Shown here: positions 1 through 9,905 of the stretch, piece by piece
How the letters are laid out: each line of letters begins with the position of its first letter
Numbering within the stretch: position 1 is the first letter of the stretch
From: Lachnospiraceae bacterium
Lineage (GTDB): Bacteria > Bacillota > Clostridia > Lachnospirales > Lachnospiraceae
Length of the DNA stretch: 64,000 nt
Direction: 5' to 3'
Assembly (NCBI GenBank): GCA_045530835.1
Contig: JAZSCW010000047.1
Span: 3,879 to 67,878, forward strand
Program-made: the position numbers and the translations under genes
Notes under the pieces: generated by a model
Told to the model about the DNA's origin: nothing
What the model saw: the letters and a program-made list of their open reading frames with translations, nothing else
Databases searched by the model: none

Positions 1-5
1 GATGA

Positions 6-815
6 TTAACGCAAAGCATTCTGCTTCCTTCCTTTCTCGCTGATTAAGCAAATACCAAACAGCATAACAATCATAATAATTCCGGGAAATACAGTGTAAA
101 AAGGGGCAGTTTTCAAATACCCCTGCGCCTCTGAAAGCATACGCCCAAGGCTCGCTTGTGGCGGCTGCACTCCGATTCCCAGATAACTCATTCCGGCCTC
201 AGCAAGAACCGTATTATTAAAAGAAATCAAAACACAGTTCAAAAAAGTCGGCATAACATTCGGAAACATATGTACCATCAGAATACGAAAATCGGACGCG
301 CCAAGCATTTTAGCAGTCTGAACATAACCGAGCTGGCTCTGTGTCAAAAACTCCTGCCGCATCATTTTGGCAAAACTCGGAATCACAGAAACGCCAAGCG
401 CCAATATCACATTCAGGTTTCCATTGCCAAATAAACTGATAAAAATAAGGGCCAGCAAAACCGACGGAATAGAAAACAGCACATCCATAATCCGCATCAA
501 AATCCCATCCACTGCACCACCGTAATATCCCATCAACGCACCAAGAAGCGTTCCGCCCACGGTTCCGATTGCAACACTTGACAAACCTATAAAAAGTGTA
601 ATCAAAGTGCCCGACTGCGCACGCGAAAAAATATCCCGACCAAAATTATCACATCCAAACCAATGAGAAAACGATGGGGCCGCCAGTTTAGCTGTCACAT
701 CCATCGCCTCGGGGTCATACGGCATCATAACAAGTCCCGAAAGCGCAAACAGACAAACTGCGCCAAACAAAATACACCCCGGTATGAAATTGGCATTTCC
801 TTTCTTTTGTTTCAT
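6..815 (-). CDS. Peptide/nickel ABC transporter permease (DppC/OppC-like)
   Basis: HWFGCDNFGRDIFSR motif, EAA-like loop (AKMLGAS), LSYLGIG. Start moved to MKQKK at 815. A downstream ORF (MLCVNH...) starts at about 19 and runs off the window. Confidence 0.88.
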   Translation of the reverse strand: MKQKKGNANFIPGCILFGAVCLFALSGLVMMPYDPEAMDVTAKLAAPSFSHWFGCDNFGRDIFSRAQSGTLITLFIGLSSVAIGTVGGTLLGALMGYYGGAVDGILMRIMDVLFSIPSVLLALIFISLFGNGNLNVILALGVSVIPSFAKMMRQEFLTQSQLGYVQTAKMLGASDFRILMVHMFPNVMPTFLNCVLISFNNTVLAEAGMSYLGIGVQPPQASLGRMLSEAQGYLKTAPFYTVFPGIIMIVMLFGICLISEKGRKQNALR

Positions 816-843
816 ACGTTTTCCCTGTTCTTTCCTACTTTTA

Positions 844-1785
844 CTACTTTCTGACACGCGGATCAATCATTGCATGAATTATATCCGTCACAAATCCGAT
901 GCTCACAATCAAAACGGCAATCAACATCACAATTGCCGTAACAACGGGATAATCCCTGGCAGATATCGCTGCAAGTAAACTTCTCCCCAAACCGGGAATC
1001 CCAAAAACCTGCTCTACAATAATACCGGAAGCAATCATGTCTGCCATCACCATTCCTATAAATGTAATCGTAGGCATAATCGCATTTTTCAAAATATGCT
1101 TATACAGCATTTGTGTTGTATTGTTTCCTCTGCTGTAAGCCGTTCTCGCATAATCCTTCCCTGCTTCTTCCAAAATTCCGGACTTTAAAAGTTTGATACA
1201 CATCGCACACTTCGGTATTGCCAAAGCCAATGCCGGAAAAATCAGGTAAACGACAAATCCTAACGGGTTAGTCCGATAATCAATATAACCGCCGGGAGTA
1301 AAAAAATGAAATACGATTCCAAAAACATACGTTAATGCAAGTCCAAGCAAAAAAGGTGGCACAGACATTGCAAACTGATTCACTGCCATAATTATTTTGT
1401 CCGCTTTTCCACCGACATGCTTCGCAGTATAAATTCCCATCGGCACAGAAACTACACAAACGATTAGCAATGCCATCACAGACATCGTCAGATTAATCGG
1501 AATTTTAGATAAAATCAAACTTCCCACACTACAGGAATAAGAATATGACGTTCCAAACTCCAATGTAACAATACCGGCAAGCCATTTGAAATAACGTACA
1601 ATAAAAGGAACATTCAATCCCATTTCTTCACGAAGGCTTTCCAGTCGTTCCGGAGTCGCCTGTGTTCCAAGCTTATGAATGGCCGGATCCCCGGGAAGAA
1701 CCGCAAAAACAGCAAATACAACAAAGGAGACCACCAACAAGGTAAATACCAATGTAATTGTCTTTTTCACAAGGTATTTTCCCAT
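844..1785 (-). CDS. Peptide/nickel ABC transporter permease (DppB/OppB-like)
   Basis: LPGDPA N-terminal motif, DYARTAYSRG, VEQVFGIPGLG, RDYPVV. Confidence 0.9.
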   Translation of the reverse strand: MGKYLVKKTITLVFTLLVVSFVVFAVFAVLPGDPAIHKLGTQATPERLESLREEMGLNVPFIVRYFKWLAGIVTLEFGTSYSYSCSVGSLILSKIPINLTMSVMALLIVCVVSVPMGIYTAKHVGGKADKIIMAVNQFAMSVPPFLLGLALTYVFGIVFHFFTPGGYIDYRTNPLGFVVYLIFPALALAIPKCAMCIKLLKSGILEEAGKDYARTAYSRGNNTTQMLYKHILKNAIMPTITFIGMVMADMIASGIIVEQVFGIPGLGRSLLAAISARDYPVVTAIVMLIAVLIVSIGFVTDIIHAMIDPRVRK

Positions 1786-1807
1786 CGTTGTGACCTCCTT
1801 TTTTCAA

Positions 1808-3337
1808 CTACTGTGCAGCGGGCTGAATTTTGGAAACATCCAAAACATAAATCGGATAAAATTGATAACCGCTGTATTTCTTATTTAGTGCAACAAATTC
1901 AGGTAAATCCTGAATGTATATATTGGCCGCATCCGCTGCCAGAATCTGTTCACACTCCTTGAACGCATCCGTGCGTACCGCATCATCTGTGGTTCCCATT
2001 GCACGTTTAAAAGCTGCGTCATATGAAGTATTCTCAAAATTGATAAAGTTGTCTCCTGCATCACTTACAAAACGGTCTAAAAAGGCGGTTGCTGTAAGCT
2101 GCGGTGCATCTACACCGATTACAGTTGCCTCATAATTACGTCCCACGTAAGTTTCTGACAACCATGTATCCCAATCAACAAGTACCAGTTCAGCATCAAC
2201 ATTGACTTCTTTCAACTGTTCTGCAACAACCTGGGCAGTATCTACATGCTGCTGATAATTCGAAGGTACCGTTATACGGAAAGAAAAACCATCTGCATAA
2301 CCGGCCTCCGCAAGTAATGTTTTAGCCTTCTCGACATCATACGGATATGTATCTGTCAGTGTCTCATCAAAATACTTCCCGAAAGCAGGAATCATACTTG
2401 TTCCAATCAAAGTTCCTTTTCCGTCAGAAACAAACTGCAAAATCTCGTTTCTGTCAACTGCATGACAAAGTGCCTGACGTACACGGATATCCTGAAACGG
2501 TTCGAAGTTATTGTTAAGATATACAGCCTGAACCAGATTCATGGTACCTTCCAAAATCTCAAATTGCTCTTTATCGATTTCTGCCATCTGCGCAGAAGTC
2601 AGTCTGCAGAACATATCAATGGTTCCGCCGTTTAACTCCATTGCAATGGTATCTGCATTGGAACATATTTTGAACGTAACATTTTTAATAGCGGCCGGAG
2701 TACCCCAGTACTCGTCAAAACGCTCCATTTTTACATTTTCCAGCGGTGAACGGGATACGTAACGGTATGCACCTGTTCCAATCGCTGTTTGTGAAGGGTT
2801 TGGATTATTCTTCGGAATAATCGCTGCTTCGATGCTTGCAAGTACCGCAAGCAAATCACTGTCAGGCTCTCCCAGTGTAATCGCCACTGTTTTAGCATCA
2901 ACAACCTCTACGTTCTTAATATTCAAAAACGCCGATATGGAAGGATTACCACCCTCTATATCGGCGCATTTAGCAATTGAATATGCAACATCTTCCGCCG
3001 TAACAGGGGTTTGGTCATGAAACTTTATTCCTTCCCTTAAAGTAAATGTGTACTTACATCCATCCTCGGATATTACCACATCACTGGCTACTGCGGGCAC
3101 AATATTCCCATCGATGTCTGTTTTATACAGACCCTCATATACATTAAAGAAAATCTCCTTTGTTCCTGCCGCCAACATCTTATGGGGGTCAAGACTGTCT
3201 TCAATATCCTGAGGAATACCGATGGTAATAGAGGAAGAGGCATCTGCTTCCTTATCACCTGTGCATGCGCACAGTGCAATAGTCAGTGTAAGCAACAGTC
3301 CAAAGAGTATGCAAGTAATTCTGCTTCTCTTCTTCAT
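1808..3337 (-). CDS. ABC transporter substrate-binding lipoprotein, family 5
   Basis: Lipobox LCAC, SLDP, YTFTLREGIKFHD, VRQAL motifs; adjacent to the permeases. Confidence 0.9.
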   Translation of the reverse strand: MKKRSRITCILFGLLLTLTIALCACTGDKEADASSSITIGIPQDIEDSLDPHKMLAAGTKEIFFNVYEGLYKTDIDGNIVPAVASDVVISEDGCKYTFTLREGIKFHDQTPVTAEDVAYSIAKCADIEGGNPSISAFLNIKNVEVVDAKTVAITLGEPDSDLLAVLASIEAAIIPKNNPNPSQTAIGTGAYRYVSRSPLENVKMERFDEYWGTPAAIKNVTFKICSNADTIAMELNGGTIDMFCRLTSAQMAEIDKEQFEILEGTMNLVQAVYLNNNFEPFQDIRVRQALCHAVDRNEILQFVSDGKGTLIGTSMIPAFGKYFDETLTDTYPYDVEKAKTLLAEAGYADGFSFRITVPSNYQQHVDTAQVVAEQLKEVNVDAELVLVDWDTWLSETYVGRNYEATVIGVDAPQLTATAFLDRFVSDAGDNFINFENTSYDAAFKRAMGTTDDAVRTDAFKECEQILAADAANIYIQDLPEFVALNKKYSGYQFYPIYVLDVSKIQPAAQ

Positions 3338-3474
3338 TGTTCTTAACTTCCTTTCTTCTATTCCTTTATTCTTTTTGTTCCTGAATTACAAATCATGGAA
3401 CGAATGCAATTGTAACAGACGCAATGAAATCCGTCAAGTAAAATCGGTCTCTCTGTAGGATATATTATTCAAAA

Positions 3475-3924
3475 CTATTTCAAAACCTTGCGCAATTCGT
3501 CCATAAACGTATTTACATCCTTAAACTCACGGTATACGGATGCAAAACGTACATATGCTACAGGGTCAAGTTCTTTCAATTTAGTCATTATTCTCTCTCC
3601 GACAATTGCACTCGGAATTTCACGTTCTTCCATGCCGGAAATCTCATTCTCCACCTCATCCACAAGTTGTGTAATCCGGGCAACCGAAACAGGTCTTTTA
3701 TGGCACGCACGCAATACACCGGCCTCTATTTTACTTCGGTCATACGTCTCACGATTCTGATCTTTCTTAATAATTATCAGAGGAATCGTTTCAATCTTTT
3801 CATATGTGGTAAAACGTTTTCCGCACTCATCGCAAACACGGCGGCGACGAATGGAATTATTATCTTCAGCCGGTCTTGAATCTATTACTCTGGTATTCTC
3901 ATGATTACAAAAAGGACACTTCAT
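3475..3924 (-). CDS. nrdR: Transcriptional repressor NrdR
   Basis: MKCPFC...VIDSR...IRRRRVC..CGKRFTTYE, ATP cone, AYVRFASVY. Start moved to ATG at 3924. Confidence 0.97.
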   Translation of the reverse strand: MKCPFCNHENTRVIDSRPAEDNNSIRRRRVCDECGKRFTTYEKIETIPLIIIKKDQNRETYDRSKIEAGVLRACHKRPVSVARITQLVDEVENEISGMEEREIPSAIVGERIMTKLKELDPVAYVRFASVYREFKDVNTFMDELRKVLK

Positions 3925-3997
3925 TGGTTTCTCCATTTCCTGTGCACGTGCACATCTCATAATGTTGTGCTGATACTGACGAAATACTTCTATGAAA

Positions 3998-4026
3998 ATT
4001 GTATCTCAAATTCCCCTTTTCGTCAA
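3998..4026 (-). promoter_or_regulatory. Sigma-A promoter of nrdR
   Basis: TTGACG-17 bp-TACAAT on the minus strand. Confidence 0.7.
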
Positions 4027-4033
4027 CAGTCGT

Positions 4034-4270
4034 CTAAATGTCAACCAGAATCACATCAGGTCCAATCTGCTTAATATCGCAATAACATATAACATATTCC
4101 GGCGAAGACTGAAAAAGATTGCTTAACTTTCCCTTGGCCGGTATATATACCTTCTCGATACACCCACGCTTACAGTCAAATTCCAAATCGTCAATACGTC
4201 CCAGAATTTTACAATCACGCATGCTGATTACTTCTTTATCCACAAGTTCGGAAAATAACATATTCTCCAC
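4034..4270 (-). CDS. ylmC: YlmC/YmxH family PRC-barrel sporulation protein
   Basis: SELVDKEVI...LGRIDDLEFD...IKQIGPDVILV; synteny with sigG and nrdR. Confidence 0.9.
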   Translation of the reverse strand: MENMLFSELVDKEVISMRDCKILGRIDDLEFDCKRGCIEKVYIPAKGKLSNLFQSSPEYVICYCDIKQIGPDVILVDI

Positions 4271-4348
4271 CTTCTTTCCTGTTAACCTGCGCTGAATACA
4301 GCTCTACTGTATTTTATGCATACTTCTTGGAAAACTACTCTGTTTTCA

Positions 4349-4378
4349 GAATAAAATACAACATTTTTGTGCATTCTT
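4349..4378 (+). promoter_or_regulatory. Putative sigma-F/sigma-G promoter of sigG
   Basis: GAATA-18 bp-CATTCTT, resembling the GHATA-N17/18-CATNHTA forespore consensus. Confidence 0.5.
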
Positions 4379-4430
4379 TTTATAGTTATCAAATCAATAC
4401 CACTTGCATGGTTATGACAGGAGGTTACCA

Positions 4431-5210
4431 ATGGCTCTATGTAAAGTTGAAATCTGCGGTGTAAACACCGCCAATCTTCCACTTCTGAAAGCAGACGAAA
4501 AAGAAGCACTTTTCGAAAAAATCTCCCGGGGAGATGAAAAAGCAAGAGAACGTTACATCGAAGGAAATCTGCGTCTTGTCTTAAGCGTTATGAAACGCTT
4601 CAACGCCAACAACGAAAATGCCGATGATTTGTTTCAAATCGGCTGTATTGGTCTAATGAAAGCCATTGATAATTTTGACACCAGTCTGAATGTCAAATTT
4701 TCCACTTACGCAGTGCCTATGATTATCGGTGAAATCAGGCGTTTTTTGCGCGATAATAATACAATCCGGGTCAGCCGTTCCTTGAAAGATACCGCCTATA
4801 AAGCAATCTATGCAAAGGAAATGCTTTCAAGAAAAAACACAAAAGAACCAACCCTTGACGAAATTTCCAAAGAAACAGGGATTCCCAAAGAAGAAATTGT
4901 CTATGCGCTTGATGCCATTCAACAACCAATCAGTCTTTATGATCCGGTCTATACCGACGGAGGAGACACACTTTACGTTATGGATCAGGTCAGTGACAAG
5001 AAAACACATGAAGAACTCTGGGTAGAACAGCTCTGTCTTTCAGATGCCCTTCTGAAACTGAAAGAACGCGAAAAACGTATCATCACACTACGGTTTCTCG
5101 AAGGAAAAACACAGATGGAAGTTTCGCAGGCAATCGGCATCTCACAGGCTCAGGTATCAAGACTCGAAAAAAACGCACTTCGGTGTATGCGCGAATATCT
5201 CGAATATTAA
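4431..5210 (+). CDS. sigG: RNA polymerase sporulation sigma factor SigG
   Basis: KVEICGVNTANLP N-terminus, DDLFQIGCIGL, YAVPMIIGEIRRFLRDN, GISQAQVSRLEK. RBS GGAGG before ATG 4431. Confidence 0.96.
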   Translation: MALCKVEICGVNTANLPLLKADEKEALFEKISRGDEKARERYIEGNLRLVLSVMKRFNANNENADDLFQIGCIGLMKAIDNFDTSLNVKFSTYAVPMIIGEIRRFLRDNNTIRVSRSLKDTAYKAIYAKEMLSRKNTKEPTLDEISKETGIPKEEIVYALDAIQQPISLYDPVYTDGGDTLYVMDQVSDKKTHEELWVEQLCLSDALLKLKEREKRIITLRFLEGKTQMEVSQAIGISQAQVSRLEKNALRCMREYLEY

Positions 5211-5328
5211 ATCCATTTTCTTTTTCCGATTTTCAAAGAAATCTTCATATTTTTGGTGCAAAATTCAGGGCTCGGTGTTATACTAGCAGTTAGTAAGTTT
5301 TATGCATATAATTGCGGAGGATGTATTT

Positions 5329-6741
5329 ATGTTGGATTTCATGAGTTCCCTTACCGGCCAATCCCAATCCCGACACGGGCTCAAAATTATCATCGTCGGA
5401 TGCGGAAGTGTCGGTGGTGCGCTGGTTGAGCAGCTGGTAAAAGAAGGACATGATATTACACTGATTGATCAAAACCCAGAAGCCTTGCATTCCATTACGA
5501 ACCTTTATGATATCATGGGGATTATCGGTAACGGTGCAAGTTACAGCGTACAACTTGAAGCAGGAATTAAAGATACCGATTTGTTGATTGCGGTCACAAA
5601 CTCAGATGAATTGAATTTATTGTGTTGTACCATCGCAAAGCAGGTTGCGGATTGTAATGCCATTGCGCGTGTACGTACGCCGGATTACAACGAAGAGACC
5701 AATTATCTGCGCGAAAAACTCGGTCTTGCAATGGTTATGAACCCGGAATTGGAAGCAGCCAAAGAAGCGGCAAGGGTTCTTTATCTTCCAACCGCATTGG
5801 AAGTAAACTCTTTCGCACATGGTCAGGCAGAGTTAATCAAATTCAAGGTTCCTGAATATAATATTCTGGATGGCAAACCGATTTATTCCCTCTCCCGCGA
5901 CTATCCCATGTGTAAAATCCTGATTTGTGCCATAGAAAGAAACGGTGAAGTTTATATTCCCTCCGGTGATTTCGTAATGCACACCGGCGATGTTCTATCC
6001 TTTGTTGCAAACAGAAGAAACGCCAAAATCTTTTTGGATCAGATCGGTTTTAATACCAAACAGGTAAAAAATACCATGATTGTCGGTGGCGGTAAGGCTG
6101 CATTCTATCTTGCACAACAACTTCTCAACATGGGGATCAATGTCAAAATAATAGAACGCAACATCAAGCGTTGCGAAGATTTGAGTATCCTCCTTCCGAA
6201 CGCCATCATAATTAATGGTGACGGAACAGATACGGATTTGCTCAAAGAAGAAGGAATAGAATTTGTTGAATCTTTTGTTCCCCTGACGGGAGTGGATACC
6301 GAAAACGTTATGCTTACCCTCTATGCCAAACAGGTTTCCAACGCAAAAGTTATTACGAAGATTAACCGCTCCACATTCAAAAATGTAATTGCCAAGCTTG
6401 ATTTAGGTAGTGTAGTATACCCTGAACAGATTACATCAGAAGCGATTATTAAATACGTCCGTGCAAAAAAGGACTCATACAACAGTAATATCCAGACTCT
6501 CTACCATATGTTTGATGCCAGAATTGAGGCAATCGAATTTTTGGTTGAAAAAGAATCTCCGGCCACCGGAATTCCGTTAATGGAGCTTTCTTTAAAGAAA
6601 AATCTCTTAATATCTTTTATTAACAGAAACGGACAGATTATCATTCCGAACGGTCAGGACTGCATTCAGATTGGTGATACCGTTATGATTGTAACTACCC
6701 ACACCGGTTTTGATGATTTGGAAGATATTTTAGAAAAATAA
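5329..6741 (+). CDS. trkA: Trk system K+ uptake protein TrkA
   Basis: Two RCK/NAD-binding modules (IVGCGSVG, IVGGGKAA). RBS GGAGG before ATG 5329. Confidence 0.93.
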   Translation: MLDFMSSLTGQSQSRHGLKIIIVGCGSVGGALVEQLVKEGHDITLIDQNPEALHSITNLYDIMGIIGNGASYSVQLEAGIKDTDLLIAVTNSDELNLLCCTIAKQVADCNAIARVRTPDYNEETNYLREKLGLAMVMNPELEAAKEAARVLYLPTALEVNSFAHGQAELIKFKVPEYNILDGKPIYSLSRDYPMCKILICAIERNGEVYIPSGDFVMHTGDVLSFVANRRNAKIFLDQIGFNTKQVKNTMIVGGGKAAFYLAQQLLNMGINVKIIERNIKRCEDLSILLPNAIIINGDGTDTDLLKEEGIEFVESFVPLTGVDTENVMLTLYAKQVSNAKVITKINRSTFKNVIAKLDLGSVVYPEQITSEAIIKYVRAKKDSYNSNIQTLYHMFDARIEAIEFLVEKESPATGIPLMELSLKKNLLISFINRNGQIIIPNGQDCIQIGDTVMIVTTHTGFDDLEDILEK

Positions 6742-6755
6742 GAAGAGGAAGTCAT

Positions 6756-8222
6756 ATGAATATCTCAATTGTTCGATATCTTTTAGGACAAATACTCAAA
6801 ATAGAGGCGCTTCTTTTGCTGATTCCCTGCATCGTCGCCCTTATTTATCGTGAAGAACAGGGACTTTGTTTTGTTGCAACAGCAGCTATCAGTGCCTTAC
6901 TTGGATTTCTCTTTTCAGCAAAAAAACCTAAAAATACCATTTTTTATCTCAAGGAAGGATGTGTAACCACCGCATCCTCCTGGATTATTTTGAGTCTTAT
7001 CGGTTGTCTTCCGTTTTACATAAGCAGGGAAATCCCTTCCTTTACAAATGCACTGTTTGAAACGGTATCAGGCTTTACCACAACAGGTGCAAGTATACTT
7101 TCGGATATTGAATCCCTCAGTCACTGTATGCTTTTCTGGCGAAGCTTTACACACTGGATCGGCGGTATGGGAGTTCTTGTTTTTCTCCTTGCCATAGCAC
7201 CAATGACGGGTGGTTCCCACATGAATCTGATGAAAGCAGAAAGTACCGGTCCTTCCGTAGGAAAATTGGTACCTAAAGTACGTACGACTGCCCGTATTCT
7301 TTATCTTTTGTATTTTGTACTGACGCTGTTACAATTGGTTTTACTTATTATCGGAAAGGTTCCCGTATTTGACAGCATTTGCATCGCACTTGGTACAGCC
7401 GGCACAGGTGGCTACAGTATAAAAAATGATGGGTTTGTTTCCTACTCACCATATTGTATCTGGATAACTGCTATTTTTATGATTATATTTGGCGTAAATT
7501 TTAACTTCTATTATCTGCTTTTCTTTCGCAAGTTTAAGAAAGCCTTTCAAATGGAAGAAGTCCGCACATACCTGATTATTGTTTCTACTGCTGTCATTAT
7601 AATTTGCCTGTTTATTCTCGGAAACTACAATACATTTGGTGAAAGTCTGACACATGCCTTTTTCCAGGTTGCTTCCATTATAACCACTACAGGCTTCGCC
7701 TCAACCGATTACGACCAATGGGTGCAGGTCCCCAAAATCATCCTGCTCTTCCTGATGTTTATCGGTGGTTGTGCAGGAAGTACTGCCGGCGGAATCAAGG
7801 TTTCCCGTATCATTATTATGTTCAAAACCGTGCTGAAGGAATTAACCTCCTTTATTCATCCCAAGAGTATCAAAAAGATACAACTTGACCACAAACCCAT
7901 AGAACATGAAGTAATACGTGCTACCAATGTATATTTAATAATCTTTATTTTCATTTTTGCAATTTCACTATTTTTTATTTCATTTGAAAATAAAGATTTT
8001 TCTACTAATTTTTCAGCTATTGCTGCAACCCTTAACAATATCGGACCCGGATTTTCCATGGTTGGTCCCATGTGTAATTTTGATCATTTTTCTGACTTTT
8101 CTAAATATATTATGATCTTTGATATGCTTGCCGGAAGATTAGAGCTATTTCCCCTTTTACTGCTTTTCCATCCGGTTCTTTGGAAAGAATATTTTTCCAG
8201 CAGAAAAACAGAATCAAAATAA
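6756..8222 (+). CDS. trkH: Trk system K+ uptake membrane protein TrkH
   Basis: FETVSGFTTTGAS, TTTGF, GGCAGSTAGGIK, LNNIGPG, GRLELF. Confidence 0.94.
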   Translation: MNISIVRYLLGQILKIEALLLLIPCIVALIYREEQGLCFVATAAISALLGFLFSAKKPKNTIFYLKEGCVTTASSWIILSLIGCLPFYISREIPSFTNALFETVSGFTTTGASILSDIESLSHCMLFWRSFTHWIGGMGVLVFLLAIAPMTGGSHMNLMKAESTGPSVGKLVPKVRTTARILYLLYFVLTLLQLVLLIIGKVPVFDSICIALGTAGTGGYSIKNDGFVSYSPYCIWITAIFMIIFGVNFNFYYLLFFRKFKKAFQMEEVRTYLIIVSTAVIIICLFILGNYNTFGESLTHAFFQVASIITTTGFASTDYDQWVQVPKIILLFLMFIGGCAGSTAGGIKVSRIIIMFKTVLKELTSFIHPKSIKKIQLDHKPIEHEVIRATNVYLIIFIFIFAISLFFISFENKDFSTNFSAIAATLNNIGPGFSMVGPMCNFDHFSDFSKYIMIFDMLAGRLELFPLLLLFHPVLWKEYFSSRKTESK

Positions 8223-8248
8223 TATCCCTAATTGTGGCAGGTTACTTT

Positions 8249-8986
8249 TCACAGTTCTTTGCTGATTTCCTTCTTGAGGCGATTCATAATTCGTTTTTCA
8301 AGTCTGGATATATAAGACTGCGATATACCAAGTAAATCTGCCACTTCTTTTTGCGTCATTTCCAGCCCGTCAGACCGATTTAATCCATATCTTAAATTAA
8401 TAATCAGACGTTCTCTCTCTTTCAGTGAAGAAATCGCCTTTTCTAGCAGTCTTCGTTCCACATCATTCTCAATATCCCGATAGATGATATCCTCATCCGT
8501 CCCCAAAATATCGGACAGCAACAATTCATTCCCGTCCCAATCTACATTCAGCGGTTCATCAATGGAAACTTCCATACGTACTTTATTGTTTCTTCTTAAA
8601 AACATTAATATCTCATTTTCTATACATCTGGAAGCATATGTAGCCAACTTAATATTTTTATCTGACCGGAATGTATTTATTGATTTAATCAATCCTATTG
8701 TTCCAATTGAAATCAAATCTTCCACCCCAACTCCGGTGTTATCAAACTTTTTTGCGATGTACACGACAAGTCGAAGATTGTGCTCAATCAGCATTGACTT
8801 TGCATCCGCTTCTTGTGTCGTTCCCAGTCTCATAATACACTCATTCTCTTCTTCCAATTCCAAAGGCGGTGGCAGGACCTCTGCACCTCCTATATAAAAA
8901 AGTTCCGTTCCTTCAAACGAATCATCTTTTCGCAAACTCTTTTTAAAACGCATCCCCAAAAACTGTTCTATCGCTTCAATTTTCAT
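8249..8986 (-). CDS. sigE: RNA polymerase sporulation sigma factor SigE (pro-sigmaE)
   Basis: [45 protein letters not shown]; downstream of spoIIGA. Confidence 0.97.
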   Translation of the reverse strand: MKIEAIEQFLGMRFKKSLRKDDSFEGTELFYIGGAEVLPPPLELEEENECIMRLGTTQEADAKSMLIEHNLRLVVYIAKKFDNTGVGVEDLISIGTIGLIKSINTFRSDKNIKLATYASRCIENEILMFLRRNNKVRMEVSIDEPLNVDWDGNELLLSDILGTDEDIIYRDIENDVERRLLEKAISSLKERERLIINLRYGLNRSDGLEMTQKEVADLLGISQSYISRLEKRIMNRLKKEISKEL

Positions 8987-8992
8987 ACCTGT

Positions 8993-9772
8993 CTACTCCC
9001 TTATATAATAATCACTATGTAAAATCATTTCATATTTCCCTCCCGCAGAAATACTTCCGGGATAAATCGACACAGGAACATTCTCGTATATCTCATTCCC
9101 TTCCTGTGTATGAACAACTAATTTTTTTACCCTGCCTCCTCTCATCACATTATTTTTTGCGCCTAAAACCTGAAATAAAATATCTTTATCAGTACTAAAA
9201 TGATCCGGACACAACGAATCTGCAAGTACACAAATCCCTTTTCCGTCATCATCCCGCAAGCAATTACCTGAATCTGCCAACGCAATCACACTAACAGTCT
9301 GTTCTTCTTCGAAATATAATGTGACCGGATATAATTTTTTTTTCTTTGTTCGTATACTTCTGACAACCCAACACAAGAAAGGAGTAAAAACAAGTTGAAA
9401 AGCAGCAAACAAAATACAGTTTTTCATAATATGAAATCTGCCTTCAAGGAAATAAGTAACTCCCCCCAATATAAATGTAGCAATCATTATTCCCAAACAA
9501 TTCTTTGCAAAATTCTTAAATGAAACAATCGGAAAACCGATTCCGCACAAAAGCGCTAAGCCCCCAATTGCAGAAAGAAACATTCGAAAAAAATATGGCA
9601 GCCGAACTAGAAGCAAAAAGAAACATCCAACACTCACACATATAACAGAAGCAATCATCAAGCGAAGTACTCTAACCTTAATCCCTCTGATTGACGCTGC
9701 AAAAAACAAAATGCAGCAATGCAGTATCAATTGGTTCAGCAGAATAACATCTAGATAAATCTCATAATGCAT
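8993..9772 (-). CDS. spoIIGA: Sigma-E processing aspartic protease SpoIIGA
   Basis: YEIYLDV..L.N N-terminus, several TM helices, catalytic ALADSGN; lies between ftsZ and sigE. Confidence 0.9.
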   Translation of the reverse strand: MHYEIYLDVILLNQLILHCCILFFAASIRGIKVRVLRLMIASVICVSVGCFFLLLVRLPYFFRMFLSAIGGLALLCGIGFPIVSFKNFAKNCLGIMIATFILGGVTYFLEGRFHIMKNCILFAAFQLVFTPFLCWVVRSIRTKKKKLYPVTLYFEEEQTVSVIALADSGNCLRDDDGKGICVLADSLCPDHFSTDKDILFQVLGAKNNVMRGGRVKKLVVHTQEGNEIYENVPVSIYPGSISAGGKYEMILHSDYYIRE

Positions 9773-9793
9773 TTTTCTTTTTCCTCCCCACAC

Positions 9794-9859
9794 AATGTAT
9801 CACACCAACCGGTATTTTTTTTGTCAAAAAAAAATATTTTTTCTTCAAAAAAATCGACA
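9794..9859 (-). promoter_or_regulatory. Spo0A-dependent spoIIG-type promoter
   Basis: TTGACA (9822-9827) and TACATT (9794-9799) are separated by 22 bp, as in B. subtilis PspoIIG. 0A-box-like TGTCGAT (9853-9859, minus strand) and TGTCAAA (9822-9828, plus strand). Confidence 0.65.
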
Positions 9860-9888
9860 AAAAAAGAGCCCCTAAAAAGGGACTCTTC
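9859..9888 (-). terminator. Intrinsic terminator after ftsZ
   Basis: GAAGAGTCCC-TTTTTA-GGGGCTCTTTTTTT hairpin plus U tract. Confidence 0.75.
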
Positions 9889-9905
9889 GTGTTCAAATTG
9901 TTATT

